NCBI RefSeq assembly: GCF_009834535.1
Contig: NC_045696.1
Location: forward strand, 92,506,001 to 92,570,000
Reading direction: 5' to 3'
Origin: Camelus ferus
Lineage: Eukaryota
DNA: 64,000 nucleotides
Shown here: positions 52,730-64,000 of the stretch, one piece after another
How the letters are laid out: each line of letters starts with the position of its first letter
How positions within the stretch are numbered: the stretch's first letter is position 1
Position numbers and translations under genes: made by a program
Notes under the pieces: generated by a model
What the model was told of the DNA's origin: nothing
Databases searched by the model: none
The model's input: only the letters and a program-made list of their open reading frames with translations

Positions 52730-53600
52730 CATCCATTAATTTAAAAAAAAAAAAGCACTGGACACCAATTAAGTGCAAGCTATATTCTAGATGTTAAGAG
52801 TACAGAGACAGACAGACAGAAAGCCAGGGAGAGAAAGTGATCCCTTCAGAAAATAAATTATAACATTGCTGTGGAGACAAGACGTGGAAGCAGATAACCC
52901 TAGTATAAGTTAGAAAAATGGCCAGTGAAAGGCAAGAGGCACAGATAAAGTGCCTTAGACAAAAGGAAGGGAAATCTGGTACCTACACACTCCAGCTAGG
53001 CTAGGCAGAAGGCATGCATTAGTTTATCTTTCCTTCATACAGCTAATTCCTTCTTGTCCTTCAGGAATTCATTCAAGTGTCACCTACCTAGGGAGCATTG
53101 CTTGACTGTGACTCATCCAGCACAGAGATATGCTTTCACAATCACAGCTTTGTCACATGATTGGATAATTGTCAGTTTATTATCTATCATCCCAAATGAT
53201 ATTCAGTATCTGGAAGTGGGTTACAATTCCCTGCCTTTGTACATTTTCAGTGTGTAACTCTGACTCTGGTGCACAAGCTTTCAGTGATGGATGGGTAGGT
53301 GGATGGATGACTGAAGTACTATTAGAGCACTAGAGGAGAAAGAGAATTGTGTGAGCAACCTAAAATCAGGAAGGTAGGTTCCAGGAACTGCAAAAGTCCA
53401 GTTGGATTCTGTTATAAAGATGTGGGCAGGAAGATGGCAGGTGACAAATGTTGCAACAGAAGGTGGAAAACAGTTTGTAGGGGCTCGAATGATAGGCTAA
53501 GGCAGCTGGACTCATGCAATAGAGTAGAGAGCCACTGGGAGTTGACAAGCAGGGAAGTGATAAGATCAGAGCTGTGTTTTAAGGCAATTAATCTAGCAGT
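52730..53600. mobile_element. Cluster of LINE-2 fragments in both orientations
   Basis: Minus tail catccatccatt...ttctagatgttaagagtacagag; plus piece tccttcaggaattcattcaagtgtcacct; minus piece ggaagtgataagatcagagctgtgttttaagg. Confidence 0.55.
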
Positions 53601-56153
53601 CAATAATATAATCACTTTTCATCAGGAATTTTCTTTGCCTTAACCCAAAGGAATTAATCTTATGCTGTGAATTTGAACAGCCTTGATAAATATTTCTTTT
53701 TTCCAAAGAGCTCAAGCCTGCATGTGTCTAGGTCAGCCTTGAGTAAAGTATTGGTTTGCAATTTTTTTATTTCAAGCAATTAGTCTTTATGCTACTCCCT
53801 AAGCCAGCAACCACATTATTTTGATGCAACACTCTGAAATTAATTCTGAGCCGCTCCCTGAGGCCCAGCATGTGGTTACCAGCAAATGCTCATCCACAGC
53901 AGGGAGCATTGCCAGTGATTCCATGTGAGAGTCTTTTATAAGTCAACATGTGCTGATAGAGAATCCAGTCTCTTTTTCTTTTTTTCACAAGAAATAATTT
54001 TTTAATGACACATTCATCCAAAGAGAAATTATCTCGGAATGTTATGAGAAATGTTTTAATACCTGACAAGTAAATAATTATAAAGAATAAATCAATAATA
54101 AATATTAGACTATCATCCTTTGACAATCACATATTATTCAATTTATCTGCCATAAGCCAGTTTCTATTAATAATGCCCATGCACCAAGTCAACAAGTGAT
54201 AACCTCAGACCGTTTGAGATAAAAGTTGCATCTTAAAACTGTAAAGTTCTACCAGGAAACATTAAACATGCAAGTTCAGTTGATATTTCTTTTTCAATAA
54301 CATTTATTTTCTCTAGTTACCCAAACCCACTGCTCATCAGAAAAAAATAAATAATTGCAAAGAACGCAAGTCCAATAAGACAGTATTACTGAGCTGTGCA
54401 GTATGAAAGAAAATCACGGAGACTTTGATATTACCCAGATGAATTTCTAGAATTATCTTTTTCGATTCCGTATGTTCAATATCTCAGAAAAGAAATGCAT
54501 TACTCTGAGGTTGAAATATTTTTAACATAAAACTAAAGCACGTCACTAGATTTGAGCCACTTTTTAGCTTTTTTCCCCCAATCCCAAGAAGGATCATTTA
54601 GAAGACTCAAGCTAGATGTATAACTGAACAAGGAATTGACTCAGATTCTCATTTTCCTATTGTTTGATACTTTGACAAACCGTCTTCTCTTTTCCAAAGT
54701 CCACCCTTGGGTCGAGTGAAGGAACAAAAATAGCAACTTCTCCACTCTTTATGCTGTGATATAGACTCTTCTCTAAAACTCCTAGGGATATGATTGAAAA
54801 AAGCACTGTAGAAATTTTGGGAGATGGATGGGTAAATACATGCTTTCCCAGAAAGTACTGGGATACCACTAGCCCTTCAACAAATGAGCTCACTCTGCTG
54901 GACCTGGAGTAAGCTTCCTATTTAAAATACAGGAAGCTCAATCCACTTCATTAGGTCTGGAATGATCATTCTTTAAAAATCAATAAATGAATTCCTGACA
55001 GACCTATTCTGTTAAACTAGTCATCATGGTTTCACTTTCTGCTCCCACAAGCCTGCATGAATCTTTGCCCAGTTTGGTTAATTGATATTCACAAACATTA
55101 TTAACTTCTCTTGAAAAGAGAGCTCTCTCTGACGCTGTAGGTTTCCTAGAGTCAAGGATGCACAGGAGTATTCAGTTTATCAGCATTTCTACAAATTCTG
55201 TTTTTCTACACATTTAATTCATGTGCACATAAATATATAGGTCATTTTAAACTTTCATATCTGGAAGAAGATTGAAAATATTTTTGTAACATTCCAGTTA
55301 ACTCAGGATAATCAGAGGGCAAACATCTATCACTTAATTTATCCAAAAACTATTTCATTCTAGGTCAACATTTGCTTTTATTTTTGCCATCTGGGCATTC
55401 ACTATATAATCAACTTAATAACTGCTTTGCTGACACTTCATTCCCTTCATTCTTAAGTTTTAAGAAGACCATTGTGAAATTCAAATACTTTACTTCTGCA
55501 GGAAAATCTAGAGCAGGAAGGCCTTGCATTCCCTCTGGGAGAAACTTATCGATTCCCATTATGAATTCAACAAGGAACTGAGTTTTACTCACATCTCAAT
55601 TCCTTCAATATTCTCTGTATGCTGCAGAATCCTTTGAAACATAAATTCTCTTGCCTAATGCTCTGGTCCAAGGGAAAGTCTATGTAATTCTTACCTCAGC
55701 CAGAGAAAAGCTGTCTATTCCATAGAGGCATTAACAGGATGTAAAACAAGATGTCTCTTGCTCCGCACAAGGTAACTCTGTCTAATGTAAATTTCTGGAT
55801 CAGACAGCCATGATATAAGGGGAAAAATTTATGCAAGACCCAAATATTTTAATCCAACATTTCAGATTACTTGCACCCATTATTATATCCTCTACCATAC
55901 ACTCTTTATACCAAAGTACTATGAAATGTGTTGAATAAAGTGGTTTATAATTTCAATAGTAACAGTTATTCTACCTCATGCTAAATGGTATCTTACAGGA
56001 TGAGATCTCATATGCCATGCTTTGACCAGGCTATCAGAACCCAAATCCTTAGTACTACCCCAGAGCTTCAGCAGTTACTATGGGAATCACCTGAAAGGGA
56101 CAGTTAAGCTATGTCACCATTGCAGCTTTGAAGGACACTCACAACTCACGACT

Positions 56154-57138
56154 CTAGTCACCCAGAACAGTTGACACCGTGGTGTCATTGAGCTCACTGC
56201 TTACAGAGGCTGAAGACAGTTGGATGCTCTTATCTATAGTGGGGACTCTTCTGCCAACAATTTCACCTATGTTCCTCTTTGGCCTCAGCAAAATAATGAA
56301 GCACTTGGGCTCAAATATACAACCCAACAAACCATAGCTGGATGTCAAGATTGCAAATATTTCCACAGCCACTTTGAACTTGCCTTTGGTGCTCAAGTAA
56401 GCAGGGACAGAAGAGACACAGATGATGAAGAAAACTAGCATCCTGAAGGTGATGCATTTTCCTTCATTGTAATTGTCCGGTAACTGGCAAGCCACAACGG
56501 TCGTAAGAAAGCACAGCAAGGCCAAGAAGACATCCATCCCAAACACAGAGCATAAAAATTCTATAGAACCTTCATGACATTCCAGAATAATCTTTATATT
56601 TTGAGATTCCATGTTCTTGTACACCCTTGGGGGTTCCAGTATTAAATAGGCTGTGCATATGCCAACCTCAACTAGAACAGAGATTAACATGACGACTTTG
56701 CGATAAAGAGGGCAGATGGATATATAAGGCGGGTATTGGATTTGGAAATTCTGTAGGCTAAAAACAGTGAAATAGTCTTTCCAAGAATGCCAGACAGGCA
56801 GAGAGAAAAGCCCAGTGCCAGAGTGACCTGGCTTGCCAGGCAGGACCAGTTGTGTGGCTTGCCAATGAAGAGCATGGAAGACAGCAGCGTGACGACAAGA
56901 AAAACCTGAATGAGAAAGCTCAGCTCCCAGTCATTGGCGGTCACAAGTGCAGTGTGTGTGTGTATCACATACACAGCTGTGACTGCCAAATCCACGAGCG
57001 CCCCAAAGATGGAGAGAATGACAAGAGTGAATCCCAGGGCTTCATCATAAGCCAGGAATTCCACCTCTTTCAGCACACACTCGCTCTTTTGTGCATTCAG
57101 CCAACAGTTGTCACCACATTGTTCACACTCCCTTTGAC
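56154..57138 (-). pseudogene. Vmn2r1: V2R terminal 7TM exon with a 2-bp frameshift
   Basis: Acceptor ttctctgttctttgtgcattag then GT CAA AGG GAG TGT (QRECEQCGDNCWLNAQKSECVLKEVEFLAYDEALG); ORFs 56684-57076 and 56154-56690 are the two halves; stop TAG 56154-56156. Confidence 0.92.
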
Positions 57139-57269
57139 CTAATGCACAAAGAACAGAGAACTGACTACAAAGAAATCCAGTTGTCCTCTTCAGCTATGAA
57201 TAGCCCAAAGCAGCCAAAGGCCTAGTGCAGGACTCACTGAATTTTTTAATAGAGAATATATAATACCTC

Positions 57270-57345
57270 AAAACAAAACCAAAAACAAAAACAAAACCAA
57301 AAACAAAACCAAAAACAAAACCAAAAACAAAACAAAAAAAAACAA
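57270..57345 (+). repeat. Compound A-rich tandem repeat, (AAAAACAAAACC)n-like
   Basis: Visible 12-bp and 5/6-bp periodicity in the last V2R intron. Confidence 0.85.
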
Positions 57346-58748
57346 CAGTGGTAAATGGTGTGCAGCTAATATTATAGATGGAGAATTTATTTTAATTTTT
57401 GAAATTCAGTCTCCTTCTTGGTTTCAGCCATTCCTACATGGGCCTTTTTCAGGAAGATGCATCTTTCTTTCTCTTTCAGTTGTCTACTTGAGAAGGGAGT
57501 TGTGTACCCTCATAAACCCGAGAACAATCCACAGAAATGTGAGAACATTAAAGCTACTAAGGTGAAAGAGAATTGTAACAGGGATAAGATTTATGAAAAT
57601 ACAAGCGTTTTCAATCTTGCATTCAACATCTCCCCCACCCACTGGAGAGAATTTTGCCTTTGCCCGCTCAGCTCTCCCCTCCTCACCCTCCAGATGCAGA
57701 TTTGAGAGAACAGGTAGAAAAAGGTCGAGAATAAGAAGAAGAGAAACAAAAACAACAACCCTGTTGACTAAGGTTCAGAAAACATTTGAGGCATTTGGCT
57801 GGGCAGAGACTCTAAAAGGAGAGTATTGTGACATAAGAAAAAGTTATTTGGGATGAATTTGTGGTATGAAGTGGATCTCTTCACTGGTCTTTGAAAGACG
57901 CAGGTTAAAACTGGATTCCCCCTCAGTCACTTCTGCCTGCTGGACTGGACTGCTCTTGATGTAACTCTGTGCAGAGACGGGGCCACGTGGGGTCCAAGGA
58001 TTTGTTCCAGGTGACATTGTGCTTGTTTTCCATTTGCGAAAATTTTTATGTTTTGAAAATTCTCTTTTAAATAAGTTGCTATTGAGGGCCTTTTGGCAAA
58101 GGACAGGTACAATTTGTGTTACCTTTAACAGAAGGTAGAGATAAAAATAAACCTGCTCCAACATGCTTCATGAGGCTAAGCATATCAAGCCCAGCTAAAA
58201 TTCTGGTCACAGAGAGCAGCAATTCAGCAGGTAGTAGTGAAAAATTCATAGAGCAGTAGTTACAGAATTCAGCTGTCCTACAAATCTTGAGTAATTATGG
58301 TCCTAAGCCAATTGTCTTTAGAGATGTAATTCTAGATCTTATATTTCCAAATTAGGGATAATTCTGTAAAACACAGAACTGTAATTCACTTACTTATTAA
58401 TTACTCACTATTTTTCCATAACTAATGTTTAGTCTACTTCAGAACTTGAAATAATTTTAAATACTTTTTACAAATACATGTATTCCTATTTCACATTTCA
58501 TTAAAAAAATTGTTTCCTCTCTTACATTCATGGACACAGGTCTTTTTCCCAAATGTAGCAGCCTTAGAACTAAAATTCAATGTTATATTTTTTTCACTGA
58601 ACAGAACATCCAATAGTTTGGATGAATTATAATTTTTATGATAAGTTGTCCACATCTATTTACAAAGATGGCTCCAAGGCCCTCTTTGCCAAAACATGTT
58701 TAACCTACTTGCATTTTAATATCAATTTAAAAAAATGATCATTTCTAC

Positions 58749-58872
58749 CTGGTTCCCATGACACATGTCCATCAGCACATGGGATGCAGTCAAAGCAGCA
58801 TATTGGTTCCCCCTGATGAATCCCCGTCCAGGTCCCGGGATGACACAGATCAGTACACACTGAATGGCGAAG
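58749..58872 (-). pseudogene. Vmn2r1: V2R cysteine-rich (NCD3G) 124-bp exon
   Basis: tttgtctttgctag then LRHSVCTDLCHPGTWTGIHQGEPICCFDCIPCADGHVSWEP(G) then gtagaa; open frame; this frame is not in the ORF track. Confidence 0.93.
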
Positions 58873-59059
58873 CTAGCAAAGACAAATACAATGCGTGTAA
58901 CAAAGCCCTTTGTCTCTACCACTTGCCAGGTTGAGAAAGTTTCCACCTGGATTTCCTTGCTTTTTTTTTTTTTTTCATTTTTGTTGGTTCTACCTCCTCT
59001 ACCTACCTCATTACTGTGGGCATTTTGGGGTTTTATCCTTGATCCTTTACTTTTATCTC

Positions 59060-60130
59060 TCAATATAAAGCAGCACATTCATTCTCTTGTCTTCAACTAG
59101 CACCTCTACATAAGAACTCCAAAATCTTGACTCTAGCACCAACTTCCCCATCGGACCTCTAATTCCATATGCTAACCTTCCAACATGCCCCTACTCTGAG
59201 ATTCCACCATCTCCTCAAATTCAGCATTTCCAAAACTACCCCCATTAGCCCAGTCCTCCTTCCAAATTCCCCATTTCTGTCACTGGCACCACCTGTCTCA
59301 TCCATCATCTCCAAACTTATCTTCTATTATTTGCCTACATGTACCCTCTCCTTCACTCAGGCCCATCTGCTCACTGACCTTAAGACTCAGTATATTATCG
59401 TGAGTTAAATCATTCCTTATACCATTTACTAACTGTTGATGCAGGGCACTTCCAAGTTCACTCTATCAGCAAATCCAGTGAATGCTACTGTTGTCCCCTT
59501 CAGTCTATTTGCAACATGGCAGATAGAATAATCCTTTAAACTCTAAGTCAGATCACGACTCTTCTCTGTCAAAAGTCTTCCATGGCTCCCCATTTCACTC
59601 AGAGTAAAAGCCAAAGTCCTCCAACAGCCCACAACACTCGATGTGCTCTGACCCTCGCACCCCTCTCATCTCCTCTCCCACTGCTCTCTCTCTCACTCTT
59701 CCCAGCCACACTGACCTCTTTGCTGTTCTTCCAAAATGCCAAGCACAACCCTGCCTCAGGGTTTAGAAGTCCTGTTTCCTCCACTTAGAATGCTTTTCCC
59801 CTAGATAATGCATGGACTCACTTCCTTTCAATTCTTTGTTCAAATGTCACCTCAGTGAGGACTTCCCTAACTACACAATGTGAAATTACAACACTCCCCC
59901 CAGTACCCCTTGTTTCAATCCCTGCTATTTTTCTCTCCCTAACATTATCACCCATTAAAATACTATATCACTGATTTATTTATCTTGTATATTGCCTATT
60001 TCTTCCCACTGAAATGTTAGTCCCAATAGGTCAAGATTTGTTCTATTTTGAACACTGACATATCCTCAGTTCCTAGAACAGTGTCTACTACATACAATAT
60101 TGTGCTCAATACATATCTGTTCAGTTAATT
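59060..60130 (+). mobile_element. LINE-2 3' region (L2a-like)
   Basis: aagtcagatcacgactcttctctg...catggctcccatttcactcagagtaaaagccaaagtcct...cagttcctagaacagtgtct...gtgctcaatacatatctgtt. Confidence 0.85.
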
Positions 60131-60590
60131 AATTATTAGATGGTAAGTGCTGTGAGGGCAGTGGTCTTTTTGCAGTTTTTAATACAGAGGTGGACTCACT
60201 GTAGATGCTTAGTGAATCTGTACTGAATTACATTCAAACCAATTCCATTGTACAAATATAATATAACCCTAGTTTTGATAAAGATGAGAAAAATAAAATT
60301 ATTATGCTTTAATGAAACATTATTAAAATAGAAATCTACTACTACATTTTACTATCTTTCCATCAATTTTTAGTAGAACGCACATCATATGAACTTTGTA
60401 TACACAAGTAGTAACATTTCTTTTTTCATGTAAAACATTATATTGAGCACCTGCTATATGGTTAGCCTAGGAATACAAAAGTGAAAAGCCTCAGGCCCCG
60501 TTCAGGAAGAGAGCTCTGGGCCACAGAAGGTGGTTTCTACTCCAGGCCTAGGGCAGCCCTGTCTTCCTGCAGTGACAGGAGTGTTATAGA

Positions 60591-60743
60591 TCTGTGCTGT
60601 CCAGTATGGCAGCCTCTAACCACATGTGGCAGTTGAGCACGTGACATGCAGTTAATGTGACTAAGGAACTGAATTTTTAATTTTAATTAATTTTAATTTT
60701 AAAAGCTACATATGGCTAGGGACAACTGTGTTGGACAGAACAG
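60591..60743. mobile_element. MER3-like hAT MITE
   Basis: Inverted ends ctgtgctgtccagta / tgttggacagaacag; ccacatgtggcagttgagcac. Confidence 0.8.
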
Positions 60744-62595
60744 CTCTAAGTCAAAGAAATAAAATGCAGAAGAGAGCTGTGGCCCCTATAGTGGCAAACG
60801 CTAAGGTTTTATTTTTGTATCCTGCCATAATGTATTCAAGAGCTGCTTAAGGATGGGCCCAGAAAGGGAGGAACTAATGTGTGTGTATGTGTGTGTCAGC
60901 ATGTATGAGTCTATGTATGTTTACTGCTACCCATGGAAAGCCAAGGACCAAAATCAGAGATAAAAAGAGACTTTTTAAAAAGATCCCCTAGGTACCTGGC
61001 ACAGCATAGGAGCTCAGAAATCTTAATTTTTTTGTCATATATTCGTATATCCTTTCTCAGCATGATTTGGAAGACTATCTGGAGATCTCTATCTCAGATC
61101 AAAAGGCCACATGAGAAGAGGGAAGATACATTAATAAGAAACGAGATGAAAAAAGACATCCTCCCCCACCAAGAAAGTTCTTGCAGCAGCAAAGAAGAAG
61201 CGCCGGCTGTCCTGACACCTACTTTCAGCTCTCTCTCCCTCCTGCGGGTTCCTCCACCCTGGGATTCACGTGGAAGACTAAATTGCCAGGCTCTTCCACC
61301 ACCCTATCGCTTTACTGTAACACTACAGGTAAACACTAAACTAGAATATGAAAAGCCCTACAGTTCTACTCTCCAGAACTAATATTTCATTCAGGGTAGA
61401 AAGTTCAGCCATCTGACAAGTGATAACGCTTCCTCCGAACTCTCCTCTCCTAGCTTCTCTAGGTGTTCTCTTTGCATTGCGTTAACCAGGGGACCCAGTC
61501 TCTAGCTTCTCTTTTAAAATGTTCAGAGCTGCAGTTCTGTATATCAAAGCCCTCCTGTTGCTATAGGAGACAGGGGAATCAAAATTGTAATAATAATTAA
61601 TAATGCATTATTATTAATGAATAACAATAATAATGAAAGTAATAGCTTTTTGTCTGGGATAAGTACTTTATAGCCAAATCCTCAAACCTTACGTCTACTA
61701 CTTTCCAAAACAATTTTAAAAACAATTCTTAAAAAGAATTTTAAAATTTATGAAACTCATCTTTTTCTCCTAAATAACCTCTCAATAAAGGACTTTTTGA
61801 ATGACACATTAAAACTTATTGACATGTTTGTGCGCCATATATACATATATATACCATACTGGAAGCTAGTGTTCCCTACATCAGCTTATGTTATGAACTT
61901 GTAAATCCTTCTTCCCATTCTTTGACCCTGGGAATAAATGAGAAAAAAAGGAGGAAGAAATGAAGTTCCTCCAGGGCCACAGTCAGACAGGGAAGGGAAG
62001 GACTTCTGGGTTACCCCAGAGTAATGGTAGCTGCTAAACTCTGAATCTCTCCACCCATTCTCTGAAAGAGACCATACAGGTTTAAAAGGAAAAAGAAGTC
62101 AATAAAACCACACATGACCCATGACTTCAGCATCATAAAGAGCCTGAAAATACTGTGAATTTCAGAGTGCGTATAACTAGAGAAATAGCCATTAAATCTC
62201 AGCAAGGCCATCTCTAGACTCCCTCCTCATCCCTAGAGGTGTGGAAAATGAAGAGAAACTGGGAAAACTGCAGAGAAGAGTCAGGAAAGCAGACACCCAA
62301 AGGTTAATGGGGGAGAAGACAAAATCATTCCTAGAAAGAAAATGCCCATCCTACATTAAAATAGATCCAAACTTTGTAGAGACAGCACTGGCTTTAGGGC
62401 AAGGTCTTGAAACATTCAATCCCCAGTACCGCCATTTAAAAAGAAAAAGAAAAAGAAAAAAAGATATGTATTATATTTGGGAAGATTAACTTGGAATCAC
62501 CAACTTCAGGTTTCTAATATTTCATAACACCTGAAACAATACAAAAATGCAATTCTCTGTACATATAAACAAGATAAGATGTCAGAGTAACTAAC

Positions 62596-62823
62596 CTCCC
62601 ATGATTCCATCTTCCAAAATATTATCGCGTTCTTATTCATCACGAGTTCAGATTTAGAGTTTGTGAATATATGTTCTCCGACCTTCACAAAGGCAGTCTC
62701 TCCATTATCATCTAATTGCCAGTTTAGAATGTCATAGTATCCAGTCACATCTCCATTATCATCCATTTCTGTTCTCATTCCATTATGGGTTGTAAACTTA
62801 AGTGTCTTCAAATAGTACATCAA
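62596..62823 (-). pseudogene. Vmn2r1: V2R 228-bp extracellular-domain exon
   Basis: cccttgttttctag then LMYYLKTLKFTTHNG...DDNGDVTGYYDILNWQ...FVKVGEH...IFWKMESWE then gttagt; 76 open codons. Confidence 0.92.
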
Positions 62824-62964
62824 CTAGAAAACAAGGGGGGAAAACAACAGAGGAAAAAACAATTGTAAAAATTTGATTGCCTAGAAAACAGGGTTTTTAA
62901 AGAGACTAATCTCAAAACTCATATTTCACTCATGGGACTGAAGTTTTTCCTTTTCTTCTATACC

Positions 62965-63270
62965 TCTGCTGTCTAATACAACTTCTGGCCACATATGGTC
63001 ATTGCAACTTGAAAAGTGGCTGGCCAAATTGAGATGGGCTCTAAGTGTAAAACACCTACTGGGTTGCAGAAAGTTCAAAATAATGTAAACTCTTTCATTA
63101 GTAATTTTATATAATCATTTTAATATATTAACATGATGCTAAAATATTATTTGGGGTTAAATAAAATATACTAAATTTAATTTCATCTGTTCCTTCTTAG
63201 TTTTTAATTTGGTTACTAGAAAATTTTTAATTACCCGCATGGCTTGTAAATTTCTATTGGACAGGCACTA
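62965..63270. mobile_element. MER33-like hAT MITE
   Basis: gctgtctaata...ggccacatatggtc...aaattgagatgggctctaagtgtaaaacac...tttctattggacaggcact. Confidence 0.75.
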
Positions 63271-64000
63271 AGGTAAAATGGTGCCGAATATCTCCGAATA
63301 CCTACATACCTAGGGAAGGGAGGACATTTCTTCTTAGATTTCTTCCACATGTAGGCTTTCAGGGACCAGTCTGCCCTCCTACCACCACTCCCGCCCCTGT
63401 TCGTCAGGAGCTAGAGACAGGAAAGTCAACAAGATCCATTTCTTACCCTTGCAAAGCTCACGGTCCAGTAGAAAGGCTAGACAAATAAACAGGTGCTAAT
63501 AGTAAAATTCAGTCTACTCTCTGTTGCTGTTGTGGAAAGAGGGTTAAGAGGGCATAGATGAGGGAGTGGCTAACTGCTTAGGAAAATTGGAGGCAGTTTC
63601 CCCAGAAAGTGGCCGTGTGAGCTTTAAAAACTTAGTAGCACTCTGCCTGACGATTACTGGGGACAGGGAGAATATTTCCTAAGCCAAGGGAGTAATATGT
63701 GAGACAAGGGAGTGCCACAGAAGCCATGGCCAAGAGTACAGTGGTAGATGGGAATGACTGTACACCAACAGAATGCTTTTACAGATATCAGCAAGAATCC
63801 CCTAACAAAACAATACCTCTCGTACTCTTGCTTCACCCAGTCAAACTTAGCTGGAGTAAGGGCATGTATTCCTCAGTATGAAGGTAATCAGTCTGCACTG
63901 GGATATATCATATGCCCTTGGTTTTTCTCAGAACCACATGCTGGACTTACGTTCCCAACCAGAGACCCAGTCCAATCCCTAACCCTCCACAAACCAGAGA

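Larger units (their letters stand above)
56154..62823 (-). pseudogene. Vmn2r1: Family-C vomeronasal type-2 receptor (class C GPCR), last three exons; probable pseudogene, 5' exons outside the window
   Basis: Exons of 228, 124 and 985 bp splice in phase (0, 0, 1) with AG/GT sites; NCD3G cysteines; 7TM motifs LPDNYNEGK.ITF and AVEIFAIL.SSYGLLGCIF.PKC; C-tail SIQLSSASVSSELNDTTVSTVL as in Vmn2r1-type receptors; frameshift at ~56720-56726. Confidence 0.88.

Noticed and set aside
53895..53912. CTCF-like motif ccacagcagggagcattg (other weak matches near 35445 and 60783)
   Set aside because: Partial matches of this quality are expected by chance in 64 kb and cannot be supported without data.
1..56000. 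Coding exons of the expected neighbour KCNAB1, or processed pseudogenes
   Set aside because: No Kv-beta N-terminal, aldo-keto reductase or other recognisable host protein sequence was seen in the ORF track or by eye.
60933..61382. 149-aa plus-strand ORF inside the V2R intron
   Set aside because: No recognisable homology or splice context.
62699..62763. 14-bp direct repeat encoding DDNG twice in the V2R exon
   Set aside because: Explained by two similar peptide motifs; the exon length is normal, so no duplication is implied.
1..64000. CRISPR arrays, rRNA genes, prokaryotic operons or defence systems
   Set aside because: The DNA is mammalian; the RT and endonuclease domains all belong to LINE-1, and there are no regularly spaced repeat-spacer arrays.

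Overview
Mammalian genomic DNA, very likely camelid (alpaca/llama/camel), judged from two Vic-1-type tRNA-derived SINEs. Most of the window is interspersed repeats: several generations of LINE-1, plus MIR, L2, MaLR/ERVL LTRs and hAT MITEs. The only host gene sequence I can support is the 3' half of a minus-strand family-C vomeronasal type-2 receptor (Vmn2r1/VN2R1P-like class C GPCR). Its three exons (62596-62823, 58749-58872, 56154-57138) have intact, phase-compatible splice sites, but there is a 2-bp frameshift in the 7TM exon and several non-conservative substitutions, so it is probably a young pseudogene; its 5' exons lie beyond the window. The most notable structures are retrotransposition footprints: a nested stack of three L1 3' ends, one target site apparently used twice (triplicated TSD), a poly(A)-only insertion with a perfect TSD, and a full-length L1 lacking its endonuclease domain. 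There is also an isolated CpG-rich patch with two NRF1-like motifs. I found no convincing evidence of a wholly new biological system. Repeat family names are from recall of consensus sequences, and boundaries of old repeats are approximate.
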